Origin: Promethearchaeati archaeon SRVP18_Atabeyarchaeia-1 | Lineage (GTDB): Archaea; Asgardarchaeota; Atabeyarchaeia; Atabeyarchaeales; Atabeyarchaeaceae | Length of the DNA stretch: 64,000 nucleotides | Reading direction: 5' to 3' | Assembly (NCBI GenBank): GCA_037308085.1 | Contig: CP147779.1 | Coordinates: 1,504,001-1,568,000 of the forward strand | Shown: positions 20,171 to 30,246 of the stretch, piece by piece | Position numbering within the stretch: position 1 is the first letter of the stretch | Layout: every line of letters begins with the position of its first letter | Translations under genes and position numbers: made by a program | Notes under the pieces: generated by a model | Seen by the model: only the letters and a program-made list of their open reading frames with translations | Told to the model about the DNA's origin: nothing | The model's database searches: none

Positions 20171-20827
20171 TTACCGCTTCGGCAGAGACTGGAAAACTGA
20201 GAGTACTGATGCCTGAACCTCGTCTATCGAGCGCGAACCGTCTATGTCCTTGAGGAGTTTCCGTTTAGCATAGAACTTGAGAAGGGGTTTTGTCTGATCT
20301 GAATAGACCTTCAGTCTCTTCTTGACCACATCTTCCTTGTCATCGTCGCGTTGAATGAGTTCGCCGCCGCAGGTATCGCATTTACCGTCGACTTTGGGTC
20401 GGTTAAGAAGGAGGCTGTAGACGGAATTGCACGATTTGCATACTCGTCTTGAGATGGATCTTTTGATTATCTCCTTGTCTTTGACTTTCAGGTTGATCAC
20501 TTGGGTCACAGGAGTTCCTCTCTTCTCAAGTAGCTTCTCCAGCGCGTCTGCTTGTGCAATGGTTCTTGGAAAACCATCCAGAATGAATCCATTTGAACAG
20601 TCTTTCTCCTTGATTCTTTCGTCAATTATGCCTATCACAATTTCATCCGGAACTAATCCGCCGCTATTCATATAGGATTGCGCTTCCCTGCCGAGACTTG
20701 TTCCACGTTTAACTGCATCTCGAAGAATGTCTCCCGTCGATATCTGAGGAGTATTGAATTTCTCTGAGAGGAATTTGGCCTGGGTTCCTTTACCAGCGCC
20801 TGGAGGACCGAACATGATAATCACCAT
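20171..20827 (-). CDS. adk: adenylate kinase (bacterial type, Zn LID)
   Basis: GPPGAGKGTQA, ISTGDILR, ILDGFPR, CKSC..CDTC; likely start ATG 20827. Confidence 0.95.
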   Translation of the reverse strand: MVIIMFGPPGAGKGTQAKFLSEKFNTPQISTGDILRDAVKRGTSLGREAQSYMNSGGLVPDEIVIGIIDERIKEKDCSNGFILDGFPRTIAQADALEKLLEKRGTPVTQVINLKVKDKEIIKRSISRRVCKSCNSVYSLLLNRPKVDGKCDTCGGELIQRDDDKEDVVKKRLKVYSDQTKPLLKFYAKRKLLKDIDGSRSIDEVQASVLSVFQSLPKR

Positions 20828-21108
20828 CTGCAATTTCCAAAAACGCCCCCTTGAAATGCAGTTCTGCAAGGTACATAGAAAATCTCGTCACATATTGACT
20901 CTATCCATTTTTCATAACGCGAGAACAGAGAGGAGTAGAATGCATAAGCAATATAAAGCTTGGCGAAACGCAGAGAGTTTCAGGTTTTCATGCTCTACCT
21001 TTACAAGACACCTACACCGATTACTTCCTGTGTGCTAGGGGGATCGACTGGCATCTCGACTATCTTATATCTTGATGACCCAATAGAGGTAGTTGAGGGT
21101 GAGTATTC

Positions 21109-22257
21109 TTGGCAGAAGATGCTGAAATCCTAACCAAGCACATAGAATCACTGAGCAAGCATTTAGCTGACATGAAGTCAAAGGTCAAAGTCACAATCAT
21201 GCCAGATTTCTTCTTTGATCACCTCATCTTTTTCGACGGCTCATTCAAGTCTCTTCAGGAGCAGATTGAAACTGTCGCCAACCAAGGTGGAGGTAACATC
21301 CCTTCCACCACTCAATGTGTAATGCGCGGGGGGAATTCCGTCAACTGCGTATCGGCGCTGGCTGTTCTCGGCGCCCAGGTCACATTTATCGGTCGTACAA
21401 GCGGTCTGGGTCTGCATCTTCTCAAGTACTTACTTCCGTACGAGAATGTTGATCTATCAGGCGTGAAGACAGATGGAGAGCTAGCTTTGACTGTGGCTCT
21501 AGAGGCCAAGGTCGGGGGGCGCAGATCAAACGTTATGTTGAACTATCCGGGCTCGGTTTCGGATTTTGGACCAGAATCTCTAACGGGGGAAGACTGGGAG
21601 AAGATACTCGGGGCTGATATGGTTTGTTGCTTCAACTGGCTGCAAAACAGGAAAGGGACAAAGCTGGCTGAGGCAGTATTCAGAAAGACGAAAGCTGAGG
21701 GCGGGGGCAAAACATACTTCGACACATGCGACCCATCCTCTAGAAGCAAGGACATCGATGAAGTGATGAAAGGAGTTCTAAAGAAGCCTTTTGTCGACAT
21801 CTTCGGAATGAATGAGAACGAAGCATGCTGGTTCGCGGCGTACTTCGACAAATCATTCAGCAAAAGAAGAAAGACACAGAACCCGAACAAACTAGCGATT
21901 GAAGCTGCAGCGCTTCTATTCGACAAGCTCAAGCTAAGAATAGATCTTCACACCATAGACTACGCAGCCACATTCTCGCAGGGCAATAGGTTTGTGGCTC
22001 CCGGCTTCGACGTCAAGGTCGGGCGTGTAACCGGAGCCGGCGACGCTTGGAATGCAGGTAACATATTCGGGGAACTCGCCGGCATGCCTCACATCGAGCG
22101 GCTCCTTCTTGCAAACGCTGCCGCAGCATACTACATCGAGAACTCTGAAGGAAAGCACGCGACAAGGGAAGATCTTCTCAGCTTCCTGCAAAAGGCGAAG
22201 GCGAAAGCGATCCGCGTTGAGAGCATCATTGAAGGCGAGAAGACAAGCCCAGGATAA
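21109..22257 (+). CDS. PfkB/ribokinase-family carbohydrate kinase
   Basis: RGGNSVN and VTGAGDAWNAG signatures. Confidence 0.88.
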   Translation: MAEDAEILTKHIESLSKHLADMKSKVKVTIMPDFFFDHLIFFDGSFKSLQEQIETVANQGGGNIPSTTQCVMRGGNSVNCVSALAVLGAQVTFIGRTSGLGLHLLKYLLPYENVDLSGVKTDGELALTVALEAKVGGRRSNVMLNYPGSVSDFGPESLTGEDWEKILGADMVCCFNWLQNRKGTKLAEAVFRKTKAEGGGKTYFDTCDPSSRSKDIDEVMKGVLKKPFVDIFGMNENEACWFAAYFDKSFSKRRKTQNPNKLAIEAAALLFDKLKLRIDLHTIDYAATFSQGNRFVAPGFDVKVGRVTGAGDAWNAGNIFGELAGMPHIERLLLANAAAAYYIENSEGKHATREDLLSFLQKAKAKAIRVESIIEGEKTSPG

Positions 22258-22350
22258 GAAATGCCCCCAAGAGGCTATCTTGCCAATTTCAATCTGCAAG
22301 CGCAGCAGAGATGCGCCTACCCACAACCATCCAAGGTTGGTCAGTTCAAA

Positions 22351-23192
22351 ATGAAGAGCGCCGAAGAGTTCTATGCGGCAAATAGGAGCAAATGGCATGC
22401 TTGGCTTCAGAAGAACCACAAAGCCAAGACAGAGGTCTGGCTAGTCTTCTAGGTTCTGTCGAGTCTTCGGTTGAAGGCCCAACTGAGTAGCATCGACTAG
22501 GCGGATTACCCTTCCTTCGGAACAGGGGTTCCGTTACCATCGCTTCACCTGCTACCCCCAGCAGGCTGAACCGCAACCCTGCGCCTATCTGCTGCCTCTG
22601 TTCCTCTCCCGTATTCGGCTATAAAGCTACATGTCGCGGGAATGAGGAAATGCCTGGGGTCTACTACCGTTTTCCGATATATAAATCAACCATAGACTCG
22701 ACAGCACCGTCTTTCTACAAGAAAGAGACTGGCAAGGCCAGCATACCATATGATGAGTCAGTTGAAGAGGCATTATGCTTTGGTTGGATTGACAGCATAA
22801 TAAGGAAGATGGATGAACAGAGGTTTGCTCGCAGATTCACGCCCAGAGACTCGAGTAGCCGATGGTCTAAACTGAACATGGAGCGGGCAGAGAAGATGAT
22901 GAAGGAAGGGAAAATGGAGGAGCTGGGAATGTCTAAGATAATGGATGCAAAGAAAACTGGAGAATGGTGCTCTTCTGCGTCGCCACCAGGAAAGCTTGAA
23001 ACCCCTCTGTTCATGAAAGAAGCGCTCGCTGAAAACGAGAAAGCCTCAAGGAACTTCGATAATCTGGCGGAGTCCTACAAACGGCAGTATATCGCATGGG
23101 TCGCGAATGCAAGAAGGAATGAGACTCGAAGGAGGCGCCTCGCCGAAGCTATCGAACATCTTGGAAAAGGCGAGAAACTGGGCATGAAGTAG
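22351..23192 (+). pseudogene. YdeI/OmpD-associated family protein interrupted by a MITE
   Basis: MKSAEEFY..WHAWLQKNH..EVWLVF | YKKETGKASIPYDESVEEALCFGWIDS, split by the insertion at 22452-22708. Confidence 0.88.
22452..22708. mobile_element. 257-bp MITE with 23-bp terminal inverted repeats and ~8-bp target duplication
   Basis: TIRs GGTTCTGTCGAGTCTTCGGTTGA / GGTGCTGTCGAGTCTATGGTTGA (3 mismatches); flanks GTCTTCTA (22444-51) and GTCTTTCTA (22709-17). Confidence 0.9.
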
Positions 23193-23196
23193 AGAC

Positions 23197-24648
23197 CTAT
23201 GAGATATCAAGTATTTCCTTCACGAGCTTCTTCTTATCTTCGAGATTCGCTTGTCTGGCAATCATGATTCTCTGTGCCTGGGGTGAGCCAGCTCCATGCA
23301 AGGATTCGGTCTTGTAACTCAGCGAGGCCACACCCATCGAGATGTTTTCCAGGAATCTCAGAAGCTTGTATCGGTCCTGTGGAGACACATTGTCGCAGGT
23401 TGAGAGATACTTCTTCACCAGCGGACCAATCTTCGGGTCATCAAAATCTGCTTGGGAGGGCATTGTACAGATGATGCCTCCGGCAAGATCTTCTGCCAAT
23501 CGGCTGATCTCATAGGGAAACCTGGTGACATTCTGCTTATTGACATTGGCAAGCAACATGTCCATTTCATAGTTACCCGCCTCTCTTTGAAAACCCTTGA
23601 CGCTGCATGCGAGGCTGCAGCTGAAAAGAGTTTCATTCAGATGAACCATTTCCACGAGTTTCTCTCTCACATGTGGAGCGTCTTCAACACCGTTGTACTG
23701 TGCGCTCAAGGCGGCTGCGCCAATCAGCACATCCCCCACGCCAGTCTTGCAGGCATAGGATTGCCTGTGAAAGCCCGCAAACCTGTTGACCAGCTCACCG
23801 GTGAATTCAACCTCCCCTTGCATGAACACTTGTTCACGTGGAATGAATACGTCATCAAAGATCACGAATATCTCCTGTCCACCATACTTCCAGTTGCCAA
23901 CGTCAAGCTTGTTTTCCTCCATTTTCCGAGTATCAGATGTCTGCCTCCCATAGATCATAGTGATTCCCTTTTCATTCGTATCAACTCCAAAGCTTACGGC
24001 ATATTCCTCTTCTCCTGGTCTCATAGCTAGTGTCGGCATCACAATTGCCCGGTGAGAATTCAAGAAGCCAGTCTGATGAACCTTCGCGCCACGCACTACG
24101 ATACCATCATCGTTCGAATCCACAATGTGAAGATATGCATCCGGATCAGTTTGCTTACTTGGCCTCTTGCTTCTATCTCCTTTCGTGTCAGTCATCGATC
24201 CAGCCACAAACAAATCCTGTGTCTGCACTTGGGTCCAGTATCGTTTGAATCTCTCATGGTAGCTTGAGCCACGTTTCTGGTCAATGTCCCAAGTTATGCT
24301 GTAAAGGGCGTTTGCCGCGTCGAAACCGACGCAACGCTGGAAGCAGCACGCAGTCTTCTGCCCAATCAACCGCTGCATTTCCACCTTTTTGACCAAATCA
24401 TCCACTGACTGGTGGATATGCGTGAACCTGTTTATGGTTTCACCAGTCAGGTTTGATTTTACTGTCATCAGATTCCTGTACTGGTCCATCTGCGCAAGTT
24501 CGTAGGTCTTTTTCGCAGAGTTGATCGAGGGCTCCATAATCTTGTAGTATGGGTGCTTCCAAAACTGGGTAATCTTTTCCCCGAACATGTAGAGGTTTAC
24601 TTCTCTTCTAATGCTCTGCAAGTACTCCTCTGGTGTCTTTAGCGGCAT
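23197..24648 (-). CDS. abfD: 4-hydroxybutyryl-CoA dehydratase
   Basis: CFQRCVGFD and HRQSYACK Fe-S ligand motifs, MTDTKGDR, ESLHGAGSPQAQ. Confidence 0.88.
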   Translation of the reverse strand: MPLKTPEEYLQSIRREVNLYMFGEKITQFWKHPYYKIMEPSINSAKKTYELAQMDQYRNLMTVKSNLTGETINRFTHIHQSVDDLVKKVEMQRLIGQKTACCFQRCVGFDAANALYSITWDIDQKRGSSYHERFKRYWTQVQTQDLFVAGSMTDTKGDRSKRPSKQTDPDAYLHIVDSNDDGIVVRGAKVHQTGFLNSHRAIVMPTLAMRPGEEEYAVSFGVDTNEKGITMIYGRQTSDTRKMEENKLDVGNWKYGGQEIFVIFDDVFIPREQVFMQGEVEFTGELVNRFAGFHRQSYACKTGVGDVLIGAAALSAQYNGVEDAPHVREKLVEMVHLNETLFSCSLACSVKGFQREAGNYEMDMLLANVNKQNVTRFPYEISRLAEDLAGGIICTMPSQADFDDPKIGPLVKKYLSTCDNVSPQDRYKLLRFLENISMGVASLSYKTESLHGAGSPQAQRIMIARQANLEDKKKLVKEILDIS

Positions 24649-24784
24649 GTTTGACCACTCAGCTCAAAACACTTCCATTGTATGAGACTAATGATATTCT
24701 CTTAAATCTCGCGCTGTGCTTATTGTTCATTGGCTCCAGCGTCTAGCTAGGATGTTGGCACGTTGAGCTAGCGGGGTGCAGTGA

Positions 24785-24971
24785 ATGGGTGCGGAAGGAA
24801 ATCATGCTTGGAAAAGGTTCGTGTTGCATGAACATAGGGCCAAAAGGGCCGGGCTGCATTATGATCTAAGGTTAGAATGGGATGGTCAGTCAGTAATGTC
24901 CTTCGCAATGCGCCACTCCCCTCCGACGGAGTCCGGGGTCAAGCGACTTGCCATAGAGCAACCGCTTCACA
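24785..24971 (+). pseudogene. ligD: LigD 3'-phosphoesterase (PE) domain gene, 5' piece
   Basis: RFVLHEH..LHYDLRLE..PPTESGVKRLAIEQPLH. Confidence 0.88.
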
Positions 24972-25226
24972 GGGGCGCTGCGAGGCAGGGCAGGCTGCTC
25001 GTTGAGGTCGATCCCAGGCACACGTCTCTGTCGTGCCCCTACTGTGGATACACAGGTAGGTCGAACCAGGTTGGCTACTCCTACTTCAGGTGCAGGGCAT
25101 GCGGCTTCGAGGCGAACCGTGACCGCTTGGCGAGCCTCAACATCGCCCTCAGGGCGGCCCAAACAAAAGACACATCCAGCACCTACAAGATGGGCCAGTT
25201 TCCTGGGGGGAGCGCCTCCGTCAGTA
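24972..25226 (+). mobile_element. tnpB: IS200/IS605 tnpB 3' fragment (left part)
   Basis: VEVDPRHTSLSCPYCG..FRCRACGFEANRDRLASLNI; continues in frame at 51639 once the island is removed. Confidence 0.85.
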
Positions 25227-25382
25227 CGTGCTGACAATTGCTGTGTGTCAGTAGGCAACCTTCCTTTCTAACTCCTGCAGCTTACTCATGCGCACCCAAT
25301 GGGGGTTGATATGTCTTATTACACTGAGCTCTAAGCACCCATTGCTTCGGATGATTCGCATAAGGTTACTTATCGCATCTTT

Positions 25383-26231
25383 TCATAGTTCCGTGTCCTT
25401 TTCTCGTGATTTGCTCCAAAGGTAGAACCAAGCTCCGGCGTTAAACCTCGCTGCCGGCAGATTTTTGTCTCTTATCTCTTTGTTCATCATGGAGAACGCA
25501 ATCTTCGCTATCCAAGTGTCGATAGGCTGCCCGTATATCTGATCGTCGATCGAGATCTTCGCCTCCAAATCATAAAGCAGTGTTATGTCTCTCAGCAGGA
25601 AGGATGATATTTTTGGTCCAATGGAGACGATGGAATTTAACTGATTGTAAGCTTTCTCGATATCGCCCTCTTCAATCATTCTCTTGCAGTATTTGACAAT
25701 ATTTCTTTCCGGGATCTCAGTAGCAAACGAAAGCAAATTCAAGACCATCAATCTATCCCTTTCCCTTCCAGTGCTGTTTTCCGTACCAGAGCGTCCTTTC
25801 TCCAGTTCTTTGATGATTGGGTTTCCCCTCGCTACTTCTTCTTGGTAGATCTTATGGGCCTTCTTTTTCTTCTTGTGGGTTTTCACGTACTTGTCAAATG
25901 ATGCCATGTCAAGAAATCCTTGCTTCTTCAAACTGTTAATTCTATCTTCGATCTCCGCGTTGATGTTACCGAAGAACCTCTTCAGGATTGCGAAGGTGCT
26001 TGACTCGAACTTTGAAGACAACTCATCCCTTCTTCCTTGCGCAAAGCATCTTCCGCAAAAGAACCTGAATGCGATCCACCAATCATTCAGCAGGCTTCTG
26101 TTGGTCCATCCCTTCCTCTTGATCTCCTCGTCCAAGTTGATCCTCTTGTACTTGTTCCCGTACTCGGCGACCTTGTCGAACCCCATTTTCAAAATGTCCT
26201 CAACTTCGAGAACCGATTTGTCCATATACAC
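25383..26231 (-). CDS. HhH-GPD-like DNA glycosylase/AP lyase
   Basis: HhH SIVSIGPKISSFLLRD (Lys) and QPIDTWI (Asp). Confidence 0.65.
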   Translation of the reverse strand: MYMDKSVLEVEDILKMGFDKVAEYGNKYKRINLDEEIKRKGWTNRSLLNDWWIAFRFFCGRCFAQGRRDELSSKFESSTFAILKRFFGNINAEIEDRINSLKKQGFLDMASFDKYVKTHKKKKKAHKIYQEEVARGNPIIKELEKGRSGTENSTGRERDRLMVLNLLSFATEIPERNIVKYCKRMIEEGDIEKAYNQLNSIVSIGPKISSFLLRDITLLYDLEAKISIDDQIYGQPIDTWIAKIAFSMMNKEIRDKNLPAARFNAGAWFYLWSKSREKDTEL

Positions 26232-26326
26232 ACCTCCAAATAGCCTCGAAACGTCACGCTAACTGTGCATGAACAGTTATGCCGAACACCATTGGGGACT
26301 CTTGGTGAATGTTCGAGTGAGGATCG

Positions 26327-27112
26327 CTAGTATCTGGATCTGAGTTCTATTACTATCCTATTGGATTCCTCAGCATATCTCAAGGCAAGTTGGGAAACCC
26401 TATCTCTGTCGCATTGCGAACCTCTTCGACACGAGTAGAAGGGTTCATAGAATACTCTCGAACCTCTGCAGCACTGCCTAACCTCAGAGTTGGGAATTCT
26501 TAGGATCTGGCTGACTCCACTGTGATGACGTGGCCTTCCGGGATACGTCTCCCCACTTGACCTGGCTAGGAGTTCTTCTATCTCGCTAACCATTAAGAAG
26601 CAGTCAAGGGGTGGTTTGACATTCTCATCTACCATAAGGTAGTATGCGCTTCTCCAATACTGGCGGAACCTCGCGAGCTGGTTTATGTCTCTCTCTCCAA
26701 ATTCGAAGAAATCCTTAGCCCTGTTGCGCTTCGTCTGCACTGCTGTGACTCCCCTAGTGACGCGGCTTACTTCCTTCGAAATGAAAAAGTCAGCTCCTGT
26801 AAGTCTTTCTCCCCGGCCTGGGTGGAATATCCGTTTGCTGACTGTCACCCCACTAGTTTCGAATTTCCAAATTGGCTCCAGCCCTGCATCTCCTTGCAGG
26901 TAATCCTGCCTAGGCACGGTTCCAATCTGAGCCGCTTGTATAATAACTTGCCTGAATATGTGTTGCGACTCATCTGGCATTGCCTTATTAAATGCCGCAA
27001 ACCCAGTAACGAAGTGTTTAATGTCGCTGACAACACCTTCATTATCGCGTTTGAACTCGGATATCTTACGGTCTTCTACATCATGGAAAACGTTCTTTCG
27101 GTCTGCGTCCAA
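26327..27112 (-). CDS. PD-(D/E)XK-like nuclease
   Basis: ERLTGADFF ... AVQTKR (E-D-QxK variant). Confidence 0.6.
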   Translation of the reverse strand: MDADRKNVFHDVEDRKISEFKRDNEGVVSDIKHFVTGFAAFNKAMPDESQHIFRQVIIQAAQIGTVPRQDYLQGDAGLEPIWKFETSGVTVSKRIFHPGRGERLTGADFFISKEVSRVTRGVTAVQTKRNRAKDFFEFGERDINQLARFRQYWRSAYYLMVDENVKPPLDCFLMVSEIEELLARSSGETYPGRPRHHSGVSQILRIPNSEVRQCCRGSRVFYEPFYSCRRGSQCDRDRVSQLALRYAEESNRIVIELRSRY

Positions 27113-27746
27113 TTAGATCAATTCTCCATTTTATTTTTCACCTATTATTAAACGCTGCTTGACTTGAATTGTTCGATATGAATCGCACGATTATACGTCG
27201 TACTTCGGAAAATTAGTATTCCTCTTGGATTTCAGTCTTGCTACTTCTGGTGATAGGATCCTTGGATTTTTGCTTTGACGTAGAGCCTACCTGGAGTCAC
27301 TTCCAGATCAATGTCTCCACGAAGTAACACCTTCGCTTGGAGAAAAGGGTAACGCGTAGCGCCATTCTCACTAGGCATCATTCTGACAAATTAGCTGCAA
27401 GCTGAGAATACCTATTATTCCTTTTCTTTGCTGTTTTTCTTAGTGACGGAAGCCGTGCCCATAGCTAATCCAAGTCTTTTGATAGCTTGTACCACTGTAC
27501 CAGTCCTCCCCATTGTGGCATTCCAGATACGTTCGGATATACAAGTGATATGTTGGTCAATTCGTCATCACATTTGAGGCAGGCTCTTGCTGATCTGAGC
27601 ATTTTATTCTCCCTCCACAATTGAGTGAGTTATTGACGAAGGAATACTTCAATTCTCTCCCAAGGCTATCGAAAGTAATAAGTTTAGGAATCATGATCTA
27701 AGTAACCATAGGGATCAAGGATTTTTCGTGCTTGGGAGGGACGCTG

Positions 27747-29720
27747 ATGTATCTCAAGAAAGTGACTATTCGTAACTATGGAAGCTTGAAAGACGTATCT
27801 TTCGACGGGGCACCGTTTCTCATATTCATAGGCCCGAATGGTGCTGGCAAGTCCTTGATCTTTGAAGCTCTACACAAATTCTTTAGTGAATTCTCCTTAA
27901 CTGGAGGGCACTCGCCTGCACCAGACCTTCTATGGTACAGAAGAAACAAGGATCTTCCTATAGAATTTGAGGTCTCAATAGAAGCCAGTGACGTGGAGAT
28001 TAAGGAACTGATGCATCTTGATGACAAGTATGCGGAGATCTTGAAGCAGGCCCCACCCGAATATGGTCGCATTGAAATCAAGAGGGTGCTGTTCCCAAGC
28101 GGAGTGTGGTTGACGAAAGAAGTCCTCTGGGCTGGATCGGCTTTGGTCAAGGAAGACGCTGTTGTGACCGACGGGATACTGTCCATTCTCATACCTAGAC
28201 TTTACCCAGATATTCAGTCCTACTATAAGATGTACTCATTTCAAGAGAAGCTCTCTCCGGATGTCACCAAGACAGACACATTGATTGTGGACCTCAAAAG
28301 CAAGAAAGCTTATGGACCTGATCGCGTGTTCGATGAGTTGACTGGAATTGGATTGATATCTCAGTCCGGGGCGAAAATTGATGAGAACAGAGAACAGTGG
28401 ATAAGAAAGAATGGATACGCTTTCTCTCAATCACCTCCTGAAGAAGCTGGAAAGATCTCGCGATTTATCTCAGATTTGAGGCCTAGGAACGGTGAATCAC
28501 TGTCAGGATTGAAGACAATGTTCAAGTTTCTGCCGGCTTCCAGGGATATGAAGGCAACATCTGGCTCACGCGAATCTCTGCTGGATGGCGACACTTTGAG
28601 GAGGATGACAGATCTATCCTTTGATGAAGATACAAACGCGGAACAAAAGTGGGAAAGATACAGAAACATTGTAAGAGAAACTCTTGACTTGCAGCTTGAT
28701 CACAGCAAGACCGAGCTCAAGATAAAGGAGAACGGTCTGGGCCTCCCACCGAGTCATATTGGTGGCGGAGAGCAATCAGTGCTCGGGCTTATTTGGGAAA
28801 CTCTTGACGCAAATGGTATCATTGGGATCGAGGAACCGGAAAACCATTTGCACCCAAAGTTGCAGAGAAGAGTGCTTGAGCATTTCGTGCGCTTATCTGA
28901 GAGAATGCAGGTTGTCGTGAGCACTCACAGTCCCATTTTTGTTTCGCGATCTGACATAAGAGGAGTCTATGCCGTTTCCAAGGACAGCGAAGGGAGGACA
29001 AATTTAGCACAATTGACAGACCAAAATGTGTACACACTTATTGATGAATTGGGCGTAAGGGCAAGCGACGCATTCGACTTCGACGTAATCGTCTTTGTTG
29101 AAGGTCAGACTGATGTCCACGTACTTGACGGGTTAAAACGTTCACTTCTTAGGAACCCACAAACCCGAATTGGTTTTGTGGAGGCGCAAGGATGGACAAA
29201 CATGGTTTACTACGCAAACGCAAGAATAGTGAAATCGATGAGACCTCCGAGACCTGTCTTCATAATCTTCGACGGTGACACGGACAAGAAACAGAGAAAT
29301 AAGGAGATAAAGGATCGCGTTATGAAGGATCTCGACATACCTGAGGAAAACATCATTACACTGAAGAAGAACTGTATAGAAGCTTACTTACTAGTTCCAG
29401 AAGCCATCAAGAAGGCCTATCCAAGGATCAGATATTCAACAGAACAGATTGCCAGAATAATCGAAGATCATGAGGGAACTCAGAACAAGAAGAAAGTCCT
29501 GTCAGAAATCCTTGCAGGTGGGAACGCGGGTTCCTATGATCTAGAAAAAGCGAGAAGGATTACTGAATCAATTCCGCCGGACAAGATTGACGGAAATATA
29601 AAGGAGGCATTCGAACAGATCGAAGGAGCACAGATTCGAATTGGATCTTACAACAAGCCTATTAGGACCTCTGACAAGGAAGAACCACCGCTACCGAATG
29701 ACTCCAAAACCCGCAAGTGA
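27747..29720 (+). CDS. OLD-family ATP-dependent nuclease (ABC ATPase + TOPRIM)
   Basis: GPNGAGKS, IGGGEQ, IEEPENHLHP, STHSP, TOPRIM FVEGQTD and IFDGD. Confidence 0.9.
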   Translation: MYLKKVTIRNYGSLKDVSFDGAPFLIFIGPNGAGKSLIFEALHKFFSEFSLTGGHSPAPDLLWYRRNKDLPIEFEVSIEASDVEIKELMHLDDKYAEILKQAPPEYGRIEIKRVLFPSGVWLTKEVLWAGSALVKEDAVVTDGILSILIPRLYPDIQSYYKMYSFQEKLSPDVTKTDTLIVDLKSKKAYGPDRVFDELTGIGLISQSGAKIDENREQWIRKNGYAFSQSPPEEAGKISRFISDLRPRNGESLSGLKTMFKFLPASRDMKATSGSRESLLDGDTLRRMTDLSFDEDTNAEQKWERYRNIVRETLDLQLDHSKTELKIKENGLGLPPSHIGGGEQSVLGLIWETLDANGIIGIEEPENHLHPKLQRRVLEHFVRLSERMQVVVSTHSPIFVSRSDIRGVYAVSKDSEGRTNLAQLTDQNVYTLIDELGVRASDAFDFDVIVFVEGQTDVHVLDGLKRSLLRNPQTRIGFVEAQGWTNMVYYANARIVKSMRPPRPVFIIFDGDTDKKQRNKEIKDRVMKDLDIPEENIITLKKNCIEAYLLVPEAIKKAYPRIRYSTEQIARIIEDHEGTQNKKKVLSEILAGGNAGSYDLEKARRITESIPPDKIDGNIKEAFEQIEGAQIRIGSYNKPIRTSDKEEPPLPNDSKTRK

Positions 29721-30038
29721 GACACTCTGGTTAAGTGTAACACCTCACAGAATTGCTGCCATGAGTTGGCTTGGCGCTCACGACGCGAAGGTTGGGCGTC
29801 TCGCCAAGCAGGTGGAGCTATTCGATAAGAAAGAGAAGAGGCCCCGCAGTGATGCTATCGAACGCGAGCGCGCTAAGCGGCATCGAATAGAGGTAAGAGA
29901 TTTTGGCTCCGAATTAATATAGCTGGCTTCGTTTTAGAAGCATGTCTGGAACAGTCAAATTGGAACATAACTGGAATTCTGGTCTAATGGAAGCAAACAT
30001 CCTCTAGGGAACGGGAGAGCGCGAAAGCTATTAATATC

Positions 30039-30227
30039 TATAAGACCTAACTTCAGGCGATCGAACCGCGTACGGAGGGGCGACAACCGCCAGAACTCTG
30101 GCTTTCGGAGGGGCAAACTGGTTTCTAGTTTCTTTACATCTTTGAAGGGGGGGGGGTCCTAACGATCGGCGCTGTTCCTACGGCGCCTGCCTGAAGTGAC
30201 TCGGTTGGGAAGATGGAAGGTCTTGTA
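30039..30227 (+). ncRNA. candidate multi-stem structured RNA upstream of the MTase-REase gene
   Basis: Nested complementary pairs TATAAGACCT/AGGTCTTGTA, ACTTCAGGC/GCCTGAAGT, GATCG/CGATC, CTTTCGGAG/CTTTGAAGG, plus hairpins GCCAGA/TCTGGC, AAACTGG/CTAGTTT and GGCGCTGT/ACGGCGCC; wobble pairs are G-U on the + strand. Confidence 0.5.
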
Positions 30228-30246
30228 ACTTCTGGGGGTTAAGATC

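Noticed and set aside
22650-23192. 180-aa ORF as an intact gene
   Set aside because: Its first ~20 codons derive from the MITE; the true N-terminus is at 22351.
24112-24122. GTTCGAATCC tRNA T-loop-like motif
   Set aside because: Lies inside abfD (antisense) with no cloverleaf; no tRNA or rRNA was recognised in the window.
24785-25234. Apparent LigD-PE/Zn-ribbon fusion protein (149 aa)
   Set aside because: Chance in-frame join between ligD piece 1 and an inserted tnpB fragment; the rest of ligD lies at 51728 and 53344.
27180-27600. Broken reading frames in island spacers (also ~31650-31940, 32860-33200, 41220-41640, 50040-50250)
   Set aside because: Probably gene debris, but no family could be recognised by eye.
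30039-30227. Structured region as a SAM-I riboswitch or retron msr-msd
   Set aside because: Only superficial GGAGGG/CAACC similarity to SAM-I, and no reverse transcriptase is present; kept as an unclassified RNA candidate.
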